Source: Octopus sinensis (lineage: Eukaryota). From it: 64,000 nucleotides of DNA. The stretch is taken from contig NC_043011.1 in assembly GCF_006345805.1 (NCBI RefSeq), forward strand, positions 13,838,464-13,902,463. Direction: 5' to 3'. A model generated the notes under the pieces. It did no database searches. It was given only the letters and a program-made list of their open reading frames with translations, and was not told the DNA's origin. Shown piece after piece: positions 23,201 through 34,794 of the stretch. The position numbers and the translations under genes were made by a program. Numbering within the stretch: the first letter of the stretch is position 1; each line of letters starts with the position of its first letter.

Positions 23201-26200
23201 CGGCCCAAATATTCTACATGTTTTATATTCAAACTGGCAATATCTAGCCTCTCGCACCTGACCTACATTGACATTCTAAAAATAAACAATCACATCATTG
23301 AAACCTCAAAGCTATGAGACAATGCAGAATTAATTCAAAACAATTTGAGTAAAAAAAATATTACATGTAACAGAGTAATCTGAATACTAAAGGGCTAAAC
23401 TTCTCTACCATTTTTTTAAAACTTTTCTGGAATAAATGAATCACAAAATCGAATTCAGCATGAAAAAGTACATCAATATACAAAATTTGAAAATTATTTC
23501 AACATCTGTGACAATAGAAAAGATCTCTCTAGTTGTCTATCTCTTTCATTTTTCACTCAGTAAACTTTCCCCTTTCTATATACGTTTACCACTCTCTCTC
23601 TCACTGTCTGTACACATATATTGCTCACACTGAGTGTATGTGTGTGTTTATGCATACATGTAAGGAATTTTATTAGGGCAACAGTGATTTAAAAAGAGTA
23701 TGTGAAAGATAATCTATTTTAATATCATACTTTTCTGTTGGTATGTTTTTTCCTTACACACATACACTCACTTTGTGCAGGGTGGGAGTAAAAAAAAAAA
23801 AAAAAAAGAAAATTACAAATCCTTATTTTGTTATTGCTAAAATCCCAGTATTTTCATAATTATAAAATAACCAGTAGCAACCTTAAGCTTGAAACAGTTA
23901 CATTTCTGCTCTATGATTAACACAATGTCCCCACTAATCTAATCTTGATAATGATTTTTTTGGAAAATATGTTTAAAATATATTTAACTTTACCTTAACT
24001 AAACATGCAGGACCAGTCTCACCTGGAAGAGGAAAGTTCAAATCAAGTGGAGAAGTAGTTGATATCTGGCCTGGAAAAAAAACAAAAAAAAACAAACATT
24101 ATTAACTCAGAGAGAAACCATTTAACAAAGTTCTTCCAAATTCGACTCTAAAAAGAATTAAAGTTTAAAACCTTCAGAGATATTTTGTCTGCTGCGTTTG
24201 TCTTCGGGATTCATTTCTGTGTCATGAGTATTTGTACATTCCATATCTTCAGCATCATCCACATCATCATGGGGTCTCTTCAGGGATCCACTAGCACTTG
24301 CACTAAGCTCAGAAGACACTGTGTTTTCCTTCTCAGCATATCCTTGGAAAGAGTTAAGTACTAAAAGCTTTCACACAGGGAAATTAGAAAAAAAATCACT
24401 CAAGCTTTGAGACATAATTTTCAATGTTTTTGTTTCATTTTTCTTATTTAGAACCATTTTCAGAAATGTCAGGTTATAGTTCTGATATTAGTTCTAAATA
24501 AAAAATTTAGAACAAGGAACAAAATTCCTTACAATTTAAATTGGAAATAAGATATTAGTTTTACTACTAGGGTGAATGAATGAAACTAATATTTTATTTA
24601 AAATTTAAATTGTAATGAATTTTGTTCTTTATTCTAAACTTCAGAAATTAGTTCTGATCACAAGTCAAAATACTGTGATAGTAAAAAGGGGTCCTATTCA
24701 AAGTATATCTCTAAACTTACAGTAGCCATCCTTGTCAACATGAAACCCTATCCAACCATAAGGTTAGCACTAAGGACAATTTGTAAAGATGAAAATAAGC
24801 AATGTCATATAGCAAAGTAGTGGCGGTGGTGTTGGTGGTTGGGGTCATTGAGAACTAACAACTTTATTAGAGAAAAATAAATGTAAACAAGTTGTTGGCT
24901 TGCGATTTAGAAATCGAAAGTGCATATTTTGTTATTTGTGTTGTTCGAAAAACTACGTAGATTTACAAACCTCCAGCATTAAGCTATATAACAGAAACAT
25001 TTTAATAAATAGCAGAACCTGTATTAGGTTAAACCTGTCTTTTACAGAACCAAATTAGATTAAAAGAACATTCACTTCTATTCTGGTAGGACAGATATTA
25101 AAGACTTTTACTACAAAGAATAGAATTTATAGAATAATCAGAAAAAGTTATTTAGGTCATAAAATCGTAGATCAATGGTAAAGGATATTTTTTTCACCCA
25201 TTGTGTCTCGGCTGGAATTGGAATACAGTAAAGGGTTTGCCGGTCAAGCATCACAATTTGATTACTATCAGTTATAATTTCTTCGGGCTAAAACAAAAAT
25301 ATAACATATATAAAAGTTTCTATCAAATATTTTAATAACTAGCACGATGACCTGGCAACGCCGGGTCATAGTGCTAGTGCATGCATATACAGCTGCGTGC
25401 GTGCGCACATACATGTGAGTACTGTCCAAATCTCTGACCAATCACATACAGCTAGCTGGCATTCAATTGGCATATCAAGTTTTGGGCATATTGATTGGGT
25501 TTTGAATAGAAAATTCACAAAAAAGTCACTTCTATTGTTTTTTTAATGGCTTTGTGGGGTGACTGGGGAAATGTAAAGATGTGCACGACCACCCTTGGAT
25601 GGTTTTCAATGACCATAGAAAGTGCGAGCCTCAAACTGAAAAATTGTGGATTTGTATAAAGAACACACACACAGACATTTTGCTGTTTATATATATAGAG
25701 ATATAATAATAATTATAATGAAGTTATTATGTATAGTGTTCAGGTGCACTACAACTCATCAAAGGTGCATGTACAGTGCATAGAATTATGTACAAAAGTC
25801 AGGAAAGTTAACAGTGTATGAGTCATGATACACATGTGTGCATGCGTATGGGGCGGGATATCAGGTGTAGTGTTGGTGAATTTCAGGAAGCATGGCAGTT
25901 TTAAAGGCTGCAATGTCTCAGCAACTAACAACTGATGCAGGTAGTTTGTTCCATGCTTCAGCAACTCTGAGTATGAAAAAATGTTACCGAAAGTCATGGG
26001 AGCTGTGCTGTTTTCTTTGTAGACGTGCCCACATGTTAGGCACATGGAGCTCAAAAAGATGCACAAGGTAGTTGTTGGCACAGTAGTTTAATAATTTTGT
26101 GTCAGAACTCCAATGTATCTAAGCCCAAGGAAGCAAGGCATTCAGAGTATGGAGGGTGTTCGCTTGGTTGCACGCCTCTGAACAGTTTCCAGGTCAATGT

Positions 26201-29200
26201 CCTGAGCAAGATAAGGGTTCCAGACTGGTGATGCAAATTCCAAGTGTGGCCACACCAAAACCATATACAGCCATAAATAGATAGCTGGAGAGTGGCTGAC
26301 AAAGGTCTTGCAGAGTGATGCCAAGACACCCTGGGCCTTCTTGACAGTTTTAGAGATGTGCTTTGTCCAGCGCAAATTGCTGCTGAGAGTAATGCTCAGG
26401 TCACGTTCACAAGAAAACTTCTTGATATTAGTGTTGTGGAGAGAGTATGTGGATGCTGGGTTTTTCCTTCCAAAATGTATGGTGGTGCACTTGTCCACAG
26501 CCAGCTTGTAATCCATTGTTGCATTGTGTCCAGGTCTAATTGCAGGAAAGATCTATAGTGTTCAGGATCTGTCCTTTTTATCTCAAGGTACAGCTTGATG
26601 TCATCTGCATATTTCAGCACTATGGCATTCTTTAAGTTAGCATCTATGTCATTAATGTATGCAACAAACAAAAGGGGACAAAGAACAGATCCTTGCAGTA
26701 CATCAGATGACATCTCATAAGGCGAAGAATGCTGTCCTAGAACCATGACTACCTTTTTTCAGTTGAGAATGAAGGACTCCAACCAGTTAAAAAGATCATC
26801 TTTCACACCCATTGCCGAGAGTTTTGCCATAAGTCTTTTGTATGGCACAGAATTAAAAGCTTTAGTAAAGTCAAGGTAAACAACATCTACCCTTAAGCCG
26901 CCATCAGTGACCCGGGTGACGTCTTCGAGAAACTCGATAAGTTGACCACAGCAGCTGGAGATAGGGATAAATCCAAATTGCGAGGGCTGAATAACTCTGT
27001 GAGAATTCCAGATGTTGCAGAGTGTTTCTCGCAATACAGCTAGTAAGACTGACTGGACGATAGTTGACAGGTGACATGCGGTCACATGTTTTGAACAGAG
27101 GAATGACACTAGCAGAATAGTTTAGCTCAAAAGGTTTCTTTGTGGCACATTAAAATATTCTCTTGTGATATAGGCTTCATGAATCTACAATATGGGTTTT
27201 GCAAAACATCTTTAGCAAGCACTACACTCAATAGTGACTTAACCCTTTAGTGTTTAAACTGGCCATATCTGGCCCAGATATTCTACATGCTTTATGTTCA
27301 AGCTGGTCAGATCTGGTCTCTCACACATAATCTACATTGACATTCTAAAAATAAACTATCACATCATTGAAACCTCAAAGCTATAAGATAATGCATGATT
27401 AATTAAAAACAATTTGAGTGAAAAAGTATTACATTTAACGGAGCAATCTGAACACTAAAGGGTTAAGCTCCATAATAGCTGTTTCTAACAGAGGAAATGA
27501 CAAAGGACCGAGATATTTAGCACAAGAAGACTTGTCCGACACAGCAGAATTGATACCAGTGCTGGTTTTGCATAAAAACACCCAGTACACTCTGTGGAGT
27601 GGTTGGCATTAGGAAGGGCATCCAGCCATAGGAACCATGTCAAAACAGACAATAGAGCCTGGTGCAGCTCCTGCCTTACCAGCTCCGATCAAACCACCCA
27701 ACCCATACCAGCATGGAAAACAGATGTATAATGATGATAATGATGAACAAGGCCTGCAATTTTGAGGGGAGGGGGGTTACTTGATACCAACAGCCTCGGT
27801 ATTTGACTGGTACTTTATTTTATTGACCCCGGAGGGACGAAAAGCAAAGATAACCTTGGAAGGATTTGAACTCAAATCAAGTTGTGTAATGTGCTAACTT
27901 ATTCAACATATTGCCCAAAACTTCAGAAGTGGGGGCTTTCATGCAATTATACATAATGATATTAGGCAATAAATACATTATAAATTGTCTCTGCTGATTG
28001 AACAAAAGAAAATCTTTTTAAAACTCACCTTGCATTCTGCCACATCACGATACATTCCACACTTAACAAATGTTTGTTTTGTGCAGGAGTCCTTTATTTT
28101 GTATGTCCCCATGTAAAATTCGGGATCAAACATATCTTGAACCATACATCGATAACGCACTAAAGAGTTGGGAATCAGGTCGTGAAGTGCTGTGGAGTTG
28201 ACAGATTTCACCTAAGAAAAAACAAAACATCCCATGTTCACATTGTACAAAGAAATTTTATAGGTGCAAGTGTGGAAAGAAGCTTGCTTCCCAACCACAT
28301 GGCACCTTGGCCTAACCAAAGCCTTGTGAGTGGATTTAGTAGACAGAAATTGAAAGAAACCCATTGTGTGTACATATATGTAATTGAAACAAATTAGAGT
28401 CAATAAGAAGGAGTACAGTTGGACATTTACCAATATTCCTTCAGCAACAACACACCCTGATAAACTCAGTGACTGCTACTAAATTCAGGCCACGACAGAC
28501 AGAGAGGATGCTCTTGACAATATTTACATAACACTTGAGGAAACACAACTACATCTCATAATGTAGGGAAACGTTTGGCTTTCATCAGTAGGTGCTGGTG
28601 CCATGTAAAAAGCAACCGGTACACTCTTTAAAGTGGTTGGCATTAGGAAGGGTGTCTAGCTGTAGAAACCAAACCAAAACAGACTCTGGAACATAGTGTG
28701 GCCTCTGGCCTTGCCAGTTCCTGTGAAGCCATCCTATGCATGGAAAATGGATATCAAATGTTGGATGATAATTTCTAATGTAATATGTTTCAATTAATTT
28801 TTTCTGAATAATCAACAAAAGAACTGTACATAAATACATGATGGAAAATTTTAATATAAACATGAAGATGAGAAATTTAAGTTTTGTATCATAGATCTAT
28901 AGGTAGTTTTCAGGTATGTTGTTATCAAAAAATTAATTTAATATTGTTTCAAGATCCTATTTAAAAAGAGAACTGTTTACAGTTATGAACATTCGTGGGT
29001 CTACTATATTGGAAAAACCCAAAGATGTGTGAAGCCATACAATCTCTGATAATTCTAATATAACACAGCCAAAACATCAATTCCATCAACCTTGCCAACC
29101 TATAATCATGCTCGCACAGGTGGGACAGAATTAGCTGAGGCAGATTTTCAGTGGCTGAATGTTCTTCTTGACACCTAACCTCACGGGTTACCATGTAAGA

Positions 29201-32060
29201 GATTATGTTCTCCATTAACCAGACATGTTTTCATGAAAGACCAGAAATGAAGGACACCACTTGTATGATGGTGACTCTCGCTTACAACACATGATGCTCA
29301 CGCAAGGAGACAGTAATACATACACATGATGGGCTTCTTTTCAATTTCTGCCAACCAAATCCACTCATAAGGCTTTAGTTGGGCTGCGACTATAATAGAA
29401 GACACTTATCCAAGGTGCCAACCAGTGGGACTGAACGTGGGATCAAGTGGTTGGAAAGCTAAAATTCTTACCACACAACCATAAATATTCTTCCTTCTCT
29501 ACTCAATGATTAACCCTTTCGTTACCAACCTGGCCAAAACCTGCTCTGGCTCTGTGGTAAAATGTCTTGTTTTCATAAGTTTTGAATTAAAATCTTCCAC
29601 CAAACCTTAGTCTCAGTTTATGTTCCTAACACTAGCTTAATGATAACTAAGTTATTTTACTAAATTCTTTGTTATATTTAAAGTAATTGAAAGAAACATA
29701 GGGCATCTCAAAATAAATACAATAATGAAAGGGTTAATTAGAAAATATAATCTCCAGCAATAATCCTTCCGTGACTCAGGAAATTTAAAGAATAAATCCA
29801 TAAAACACTAGAAAGAATGAAAGAAGAAACTTACTTGTGCTGCAAGTGATGGCTTTTCTAGTTCTTTCCTAAAATAGTCTGAAACTGATTCTGGTTTCAA
29901 TGAACTTTGTTGATCTGAAAGTATTTTGGGAAATAATAGGTAAAAAAAAAAAAGCATTCAAAATTTATAAGTAAATAACTTTTCATGCAAGAGTTGAAGA
30001 GACAAATGTATAATGATCCAAACATGGCCGTCGCCAGCGCCGCCCCGGCTGGCCTCCGTGCCGGTCGCACGTAAAAAGCACCAATCGATCGTGGCCGTCG
30101 TCAGCCTCGCCTGGCGCCTGTGCCACTGGCACGTAAAAAGCACCCACTACACTCACGGAGTGGTTGGCGTTAGGAAGGGCATCCAGCTGTAGAAACACTG
30201 CCAGATCAGACTGGGCCTGGTGCAGCCTCCTGGCTTCCCAGACCCCAGTCGAACCGTCCAACCCATGCTAGCATGGAAAACGGACATTAACCGATGATGA
30301 TGATGATGATTATTTGGATATGGCTTGTAAGACAGAGGTGGTTAGCTTGTGGAAGGATAGATATTTATGAAATGGCTGTTTACTCATTCTTTTTAAATAT
30401 CTTCAAGTTATAGCTATACAACACTTCCTTTGCAACTTCACTTAAGTCGATTAACCATTCAGTCAGTCCTTTAGCATTGTAACTGGCTATATCTGGCCCA
30501 AATATTTTACATGTTTTTTTGTTCAAACTGACCAAATCTGGCCTCTTACATCCTACAATGTCATCCTAACGAGACGTCTGCGTTGGTTGGATCATGCCCT
30601 CCGTCGTCAACCAGGAGAATTCATCTACGAAGCAATTGCCCCAGCTCCCCTTCAGGGTTGGCGAAAGCAATGTGGTGGACAACGAAAAACCTGGCTGATA
30701 ACAGTCAAGGCCGATCTGGAACCCAACCTGGGCCCCCATGTCTACGGCGTTCACCGCTGGAATAAGGAGTGGTTAGGGATCACGTGGTCGTTAGCCTCAA
30801 ATCGCCAGGTCTGATCGGCGTTTGTGAGAGATGCAGCATTGAGGATGAATGAAGCCAGCTCAACCCACCCCGGGTGAATGCTGTAAGAAGAAGAAGAATG
30901 TCATTCTAAAATATACACAACCACCTCATCAAGGAAATCTTTAAGCTGCAATGCATGATTACTTCAAAAGCATAAATAAATAAGCATTAAATTTGATGGA
31001 GTAATTTTAAATGCTAAACGGTTCAGGTGAGTTTAGCAAAACATACTCTATAGCAAGCATTTGGAGCAGAGCACTGTTGACATCATCATACAGTTATAAT
31101 TCTCATTACTTGACGATTGTGAAGTTCATTTTCAGTCTCCTATTTTATGTATACTGGGACTGCATGCACTAAGCAAATTTTATTTTTAACCCTTTTGTCA
31201 TCTGAAATACATTAATTTTGAAAATAATCATTACAAACGTTGCTACACTGGCTCCTGTGCCGGTGGCACGTGTAAAAAGATTCGAGCGAGGTCATTGCCA
31301 GTACCGCCTGATTGGCCCCCATGCCGGTGGCACGTAAAAAGCACCCACTACACTCTCGGAGTGGCTGGCGTTAGGAAGGGCATCCAGCTGTAGAAATTCT
31401 GCCAGATCAAGATTGGAGCCTGGTGCAGCTATCTGGTTCGCCAGCTCTCGGTCATTCGTCCAACCCATGCTAGCATGGAAAGCGGACATTAAACGATGAT
31501 GATGATGATGAATGAAGAATTTATTACAATAATTTGTCATTATTAAACTTAAGTTGGGAACATAAATTAGCATGCAATTTAGACGCAAGACTTTAATTTA
31601 GATCATTTTAAAATGGGAAGTTTTTATGATAGAGCCAGGTACCAAAAGGTACTGAAATTTCAGAAGTAAATAATTGGAAAAATAGCAATATGATGTATCT
31701 TTCAGAGTGTTTGCGCTATTAACAATAAAGCCGAAGTAGTGTTTTGACACTCCAAAGTCAAGCAAAGTCGTACCAACCACCTCTAGTTTTGAATGATCAC
31801 AAAATGTGTAAATGCTTATCATTTGGTTTAACCCTTCAGTATCCAAGTTACTTTGTCAAATGGAATGCTTATTTTTTCACTCTGTTTTAAATTAATCATG
31901 CATTATCATGCAGGAGTGGCTGTGTGGTAAGTAGCTTGCTAACCAACCACATGGTTCCGGGTTCAGTCCCACTGCGTGGCATCTTGGGCGTCTTCTATAG
32001 CCTCGGGCCGACCAAAGCCTTGTGAGTGGATTTGGTAGACGGAAACTGAAAGAAGCCCGT

Positions 32061-32097
<37 letters not shown>

Positions 32098-33627
32098 ATA
32101 TGTTTGTCCCCCTAGCATTGCTTGACAACTGATGCTGGTGTGTTTACATCCCCGTAACTTAGCAGTTCGGCAAAAGAGACCGATAGAATAAGTACTGGGC
32201 TTACAAAAGAATAAGTCCCGGGGGTCGATTTGCTCGACTAAAGGCGGTGCTCCAGCATGGCTGCAGTCAAATGACTGAAACAAGTAAAAGAGTAAGAGTA
32301 TCTCACAGCTTTGAAATTTTGATAACGTGATTTTTTATATGCAGAGTGAAATTAGAGGGTGGTAGGTGTGAGAGGGCAGATCTAGAATAGATTTCGTGAA
32401 CAGAAACTGTGACGAAGCATGTGATAGGAGCAGGTGCTAAAAAGTTCCTGGCACGGAGTAAAAGAGAATACAGAAGAAACAGTTAATTATGATTTCATTC
32501 ACCATATTCCCCTCTCAGATTCACACACACTTATTGTAGTGGTCCTTCAGTTTTTCTAAGCCCTGCAAAACAACTCAAAAGATTGGGCTTCCAACCAGGA
32601 CTTTTGCAATACTCTGAAAGCCAGGAACTTTTCAGCACTACCTTGCATATATATATGTGTGTGTATTTGTTTGCCCTCCCAGATCCCCAACAAATGGTGT
32701 CGGTTTGTTTACGTTCTCATAAAATTAGCAGTTCGGCAAAAGGCAGAATAAAATACCAGACTTTAAAATTATGTACTGGGGTCTTTTCGAGTTAACCCCC
32801 CACACACGCACCTGCACATAAATGCACGTGGATAGACATGGACGAAGTCTCATTTTGGGAGTAAATTATTCCTTTATTTGTTTCAGTCATTTGACAGCGG
32901 CCATGCTGGAGCCCCGCCTTCAGTCGAACAAACCAACCACAGGACACTTATTCTATCGGTCTCCTTTGCCGAACCACTCGATTACGGAGACGTAAACATA
33001 CCAACATCGGTTGTAGCGGGGTTGGGTGGTCAAACACACAAATACATACATGTATATTGAAGTGAACATTTTGGAAATTGTGGAGGGGGGGGGATTTAAA
33101 TTTTGAAATGCAGATTTTTTTTTTTCTTTTTGCAGATTCGGAATCTCCGCACTCGATATAGTGGGTTCCTGTAAAAAAAAAAAGAAAAATAAGAAAACAT
33201 CCCAAAGGGTGTGCGGTCCATTGTCTTTACCTCTGCCAAATATACTTATACTCATCATATTTTGAGTTCTATTTTCGGCGGAGGTAAAGAATACGTACAC
33301 CACCCGTTTTCGGCGTGACAAAAACCCTAACCCCAACCACCGGGTGTACGTATTCTTTACTTTCGCCGTATATTTTTATTATTAATATTTAGTAGAAGCA
33401 ACAGATTGACTCAAGGGCCGAGAGTTTCGTGTGTTGACACTTATGAACTATGTATATTTCATCACTTCAATTCTCGATTTTCTTAAACTTTTACTATAAG
33501 AAATACTATGAAAATATTTAGTCCGATTTTCCATAACACCACCTGTAAATAAAACAAGCTGTTACTTACCGAACAATTTTTGTATTATTTGAAGTGGTTG
33601 GTTAACGTAATCGAACAATCCAGGCAT
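14261..33627 (-). CDS. MCMBP: Mini-chromosome maintenance complex-binding protein, complete 15-exon CDS, 1845 nt / 614 aa
   Basis: Minus-strand exons: 33627-33570, 29914-29835, 28211-28029, 25287-25189, 24343-24172, 24070-23994, 21275-21178, 20653-20496, 18865-18742, 17268-17151, 16393-16228, 16137-16004, 15387-15223, 14950-14862, 14384-14261 (TAG). Motifs [115 protein letters not shown]. Frame is continuous if intron 4 is spliced as U12 AT-AA. Confidence 0.95.
14438..14823. mobile_element. MITE family D, 9-bp TSD
   Basis: TIRs, with CAATATTTC on both flanks. Confidence 0.85.
16452..16780 (+). mobile_element. SINE family A, diverged
   Basis: Head and core similar to the 20773 copy. Confidence 0.75.
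16891..17069. mobile_element. hAT-type MITE with 8-bp TSD (related ends at about 3573 and 61290-61524)
   Basis: CAGTG(C/G)TTTTCAACC TIRs; TTTTAGAC on both flanks. Confidence 0.85.
17506..17894. mobile_element. MITE family D
   Basis: TIRs; flanks CAAATCC(C/T). Confidence 0.85.
18210..18691 (+). mobile_element. 5'-truncated RTE-clade LINE with (CAAGT)n tail and 16-bp TSD
   Basis: ORF2 C-terminus [11 protein letters not shown]...RRGGQQKTW; TSD AGTAGTATTCCATAAA at 18194-18209 and 18692-18707. Confidence 0.85.
20117..20354 (+). mobile_element. RTE 3'UTR element (family C)
   Basis: Family core and (GAT)n tail. Confidence 0.75.
20773..21166 (+). mobile_element. tRNA-derived SINE family A, full length
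   Basis: A-box-like TGGCTGTGTGG, B-box-like GGTTCAGTCCC, internal (TA)n(TG)n tract, GTAAAAGAG tail. Confidence 0.9.
21641..21778. mobile_element. 138-bp AT-rich MITE; inverted near-identical copy at 24503-24640
   Basis: Imperfect TIRs of about 37 bp; the two copies differ at about 3 positions. Confidence 0.8.
21786..22184 (+). mobile_element. SINE family A, full length
   Basis: Near-identical to the 20773 copy. Confidence 0.9.
22543..23000 (-). mobile_element. CR1-clade LINE 3' fragment (shorter copy at about 59036-59265)
   Basis: ORF 22697..22990(-) has [26 protein letters not shown], a CR1 ORF2 C-terminus; (ATT)n tail. Confidence 0.85.
24344..25188 (-). other. MCMBP: U12-type (minor spliceosome) intron, MCMBP intron 4
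   Basis: 5' end ATATCCTTT (25188-25180) is the U12 donor consensus; branch-site-like TACTTAAC (24360-24353) ends 9 nt before the in-frame 3' boundary. Confidence 0.9.
25339..25701 (-). mobile_element. Non-autonomous Helitron-like element
   Basis: Minus strand A|TC...CTAG|T insertion with no TSD and a GC-rich terminal hairpin at 25338-25378. Confidence 0.75.
25703..27110 (-). mobile_element. Decayed CR1-clade LINE reverse transcriptase and 3' end
   Basis: Frameshifted segments [64 protein letters not shown]. Confidence 0.9.
30015..30310 (+). mobile_element. RTE 3'UTR element (family C)
   Basis: Family core, two internal repeat units, (GAT)n tail. Confidence 0.75.
30561..30897 (+). mobile_element. 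RTE LINE 3' fragment nested in a TTAA MITE
   Basis: Highly similar to 18348-18670; (AAG)n tail; AATGTCAT repeated at both ends. Confidence 0.85.
31238..31510 (+). mobile_element. RTE 3'UTR element (family C variant)
   Basis: Family core and (GAT)n tail. Confidence 0.75.
31909..32299 (+). mobile_element. SINE family A nested in a TTAA MITE
   Basis: Full SINE A sequence; MITE sequence ...catgcattatc resumes after the tail as tatctcacagctttg. Confidence 0.85.
32431..32640. mobile_element. Mariner-like MITE
   Basis: Inverted ends GTGCTAAAAAGTTCCTGGC and GCCAGGAACTTTTCAGCAC. Confidence 0.55.
33276..33368. repeat. 93-bp fold-back mini element in MCMBP intron 1
   Basis: CGGCGGAGGTAAAGAATACGTACACC ... 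GGTGTACGTATTCTTTACTTTCGCCG; the loop contains CCCTAA. Confidence 0.7.
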
Positions 33628-33684
33628 GATGGTAGGCACAACAAAAGTTTTCTTCGAGATCCACCTTGTTTACAGCTCAAGAAT

Positions 33685-33835
33685 GGCGGGAAATATTCTG
33701 TAATACTTGCTGTTGCACGTGGTTTCTTTCTCTTCAGCCACACTTTCGTATTTTTTATTTGTCAAACTTGTGAAAGAGGATTTAATTTTCAATATTGGCT
33801 TCGAACTATAAGTTTACAAATGAGACGATGATTGG
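33685..33835 (-). promoter_or_regulatory. MCMBP proximal promoter motifs: E2F site, E-box, two CCAAT boxes
   Basis: TTTCCCGCC on minus strand (33693-33685), CACGTG at about 33716-33721, CCAAT on minus strand at 33798-33794 and 33835-33831, all within about 210 bp of the ATG. Confidence 0.6.
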
Positions 33836-33847
33836 ATAAAGCAGTTC

Positions 33848-34260
33848 GGATCTTTTCGGTTTGAACGGCAGTTTTTAAAAATAATTTCCACATAACTAAA
33901 CACTTTTAAACTTCGTATACTGGTAGAATGTGTTTATAAAACATCTTTTTCTCTTGGCTTTATTGAGAAAATTCTATAGTTTGTAAGATATTTGTTGTTT
34001 TTTTCCTTCAATTTCTGCAATTTCAACCAATCAATGACGTCTATTGAAGTGAAAACATTCTGTGCTGTATGGATATGTCCCTCGTTTAAGAAACAGTTTA
34101 GGTTTATTTACATTTCTGAAGAAAAAAAAAGATACCCTTCCCCCCACCCCTAACCGTAAAACAGATTGAAATGCAATAGATCGATACTAGGGTCATAATT
34201 ATGGGTGACAATTTCATATGACACCACTAGAAAAAACTGCCGTTCAAGCCAAAAAGATCC
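33848..34260. mobile_element. MITE family D, 8-bp TSD
   Basis: TIRs; AGCAGTTC on both flanks. Confidence 0.9.
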
Positions 34261-34794
34261 AGCAGTTCTAAATGTTTGAGGTTGTAAAAATAAATAAATG
34301 GTCAGGACTAGAATGTGTCTGATCATAGGTCTACTCAATCAGAGCTAACCGTGGGCTAAACAATCGTTGCTTATTTTATTATCTCCGTGTAGGAGATCAA
34401 TAAAGCCAAAGTTAAACTCGGCAGAATTTTATCTCCAGAACCTAAGAGGAAATTACAAAATATTGATTTCTGGAACATGCACACCACACTCTTCTTCAGA
34501 TCTATGAAGCTGACAACTTCGGTTGTAACACTCCGACCAAACTCATCTTCATATATCTAGACCAGATCTTCTAATCACACCTACCATTTTTCAGTTCCTC
34601 CTGTTCATTGGCCTTCCAAGATTCTTTTCATTCTAGACATCAAATTCCCGTTTTCTTGGATTCCTCACGCTGTTGGTTTCTTGGTTCTAAAACATTTTAT
34701 TCAACATTGTACTATGCTAGAACCCAGCACCCCCATTTTTTATCGCATCGTTGGACAGACAATCTTGGAGTTGTTCCATGCAGAAAATCAAACC

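Noticed and set aside
24172-25287. MCMBP as a pseudogene because exon 4 has no GT donor
   Set aside because: Explained by a U12 intron; all 15 exons are open and phase-consistent.
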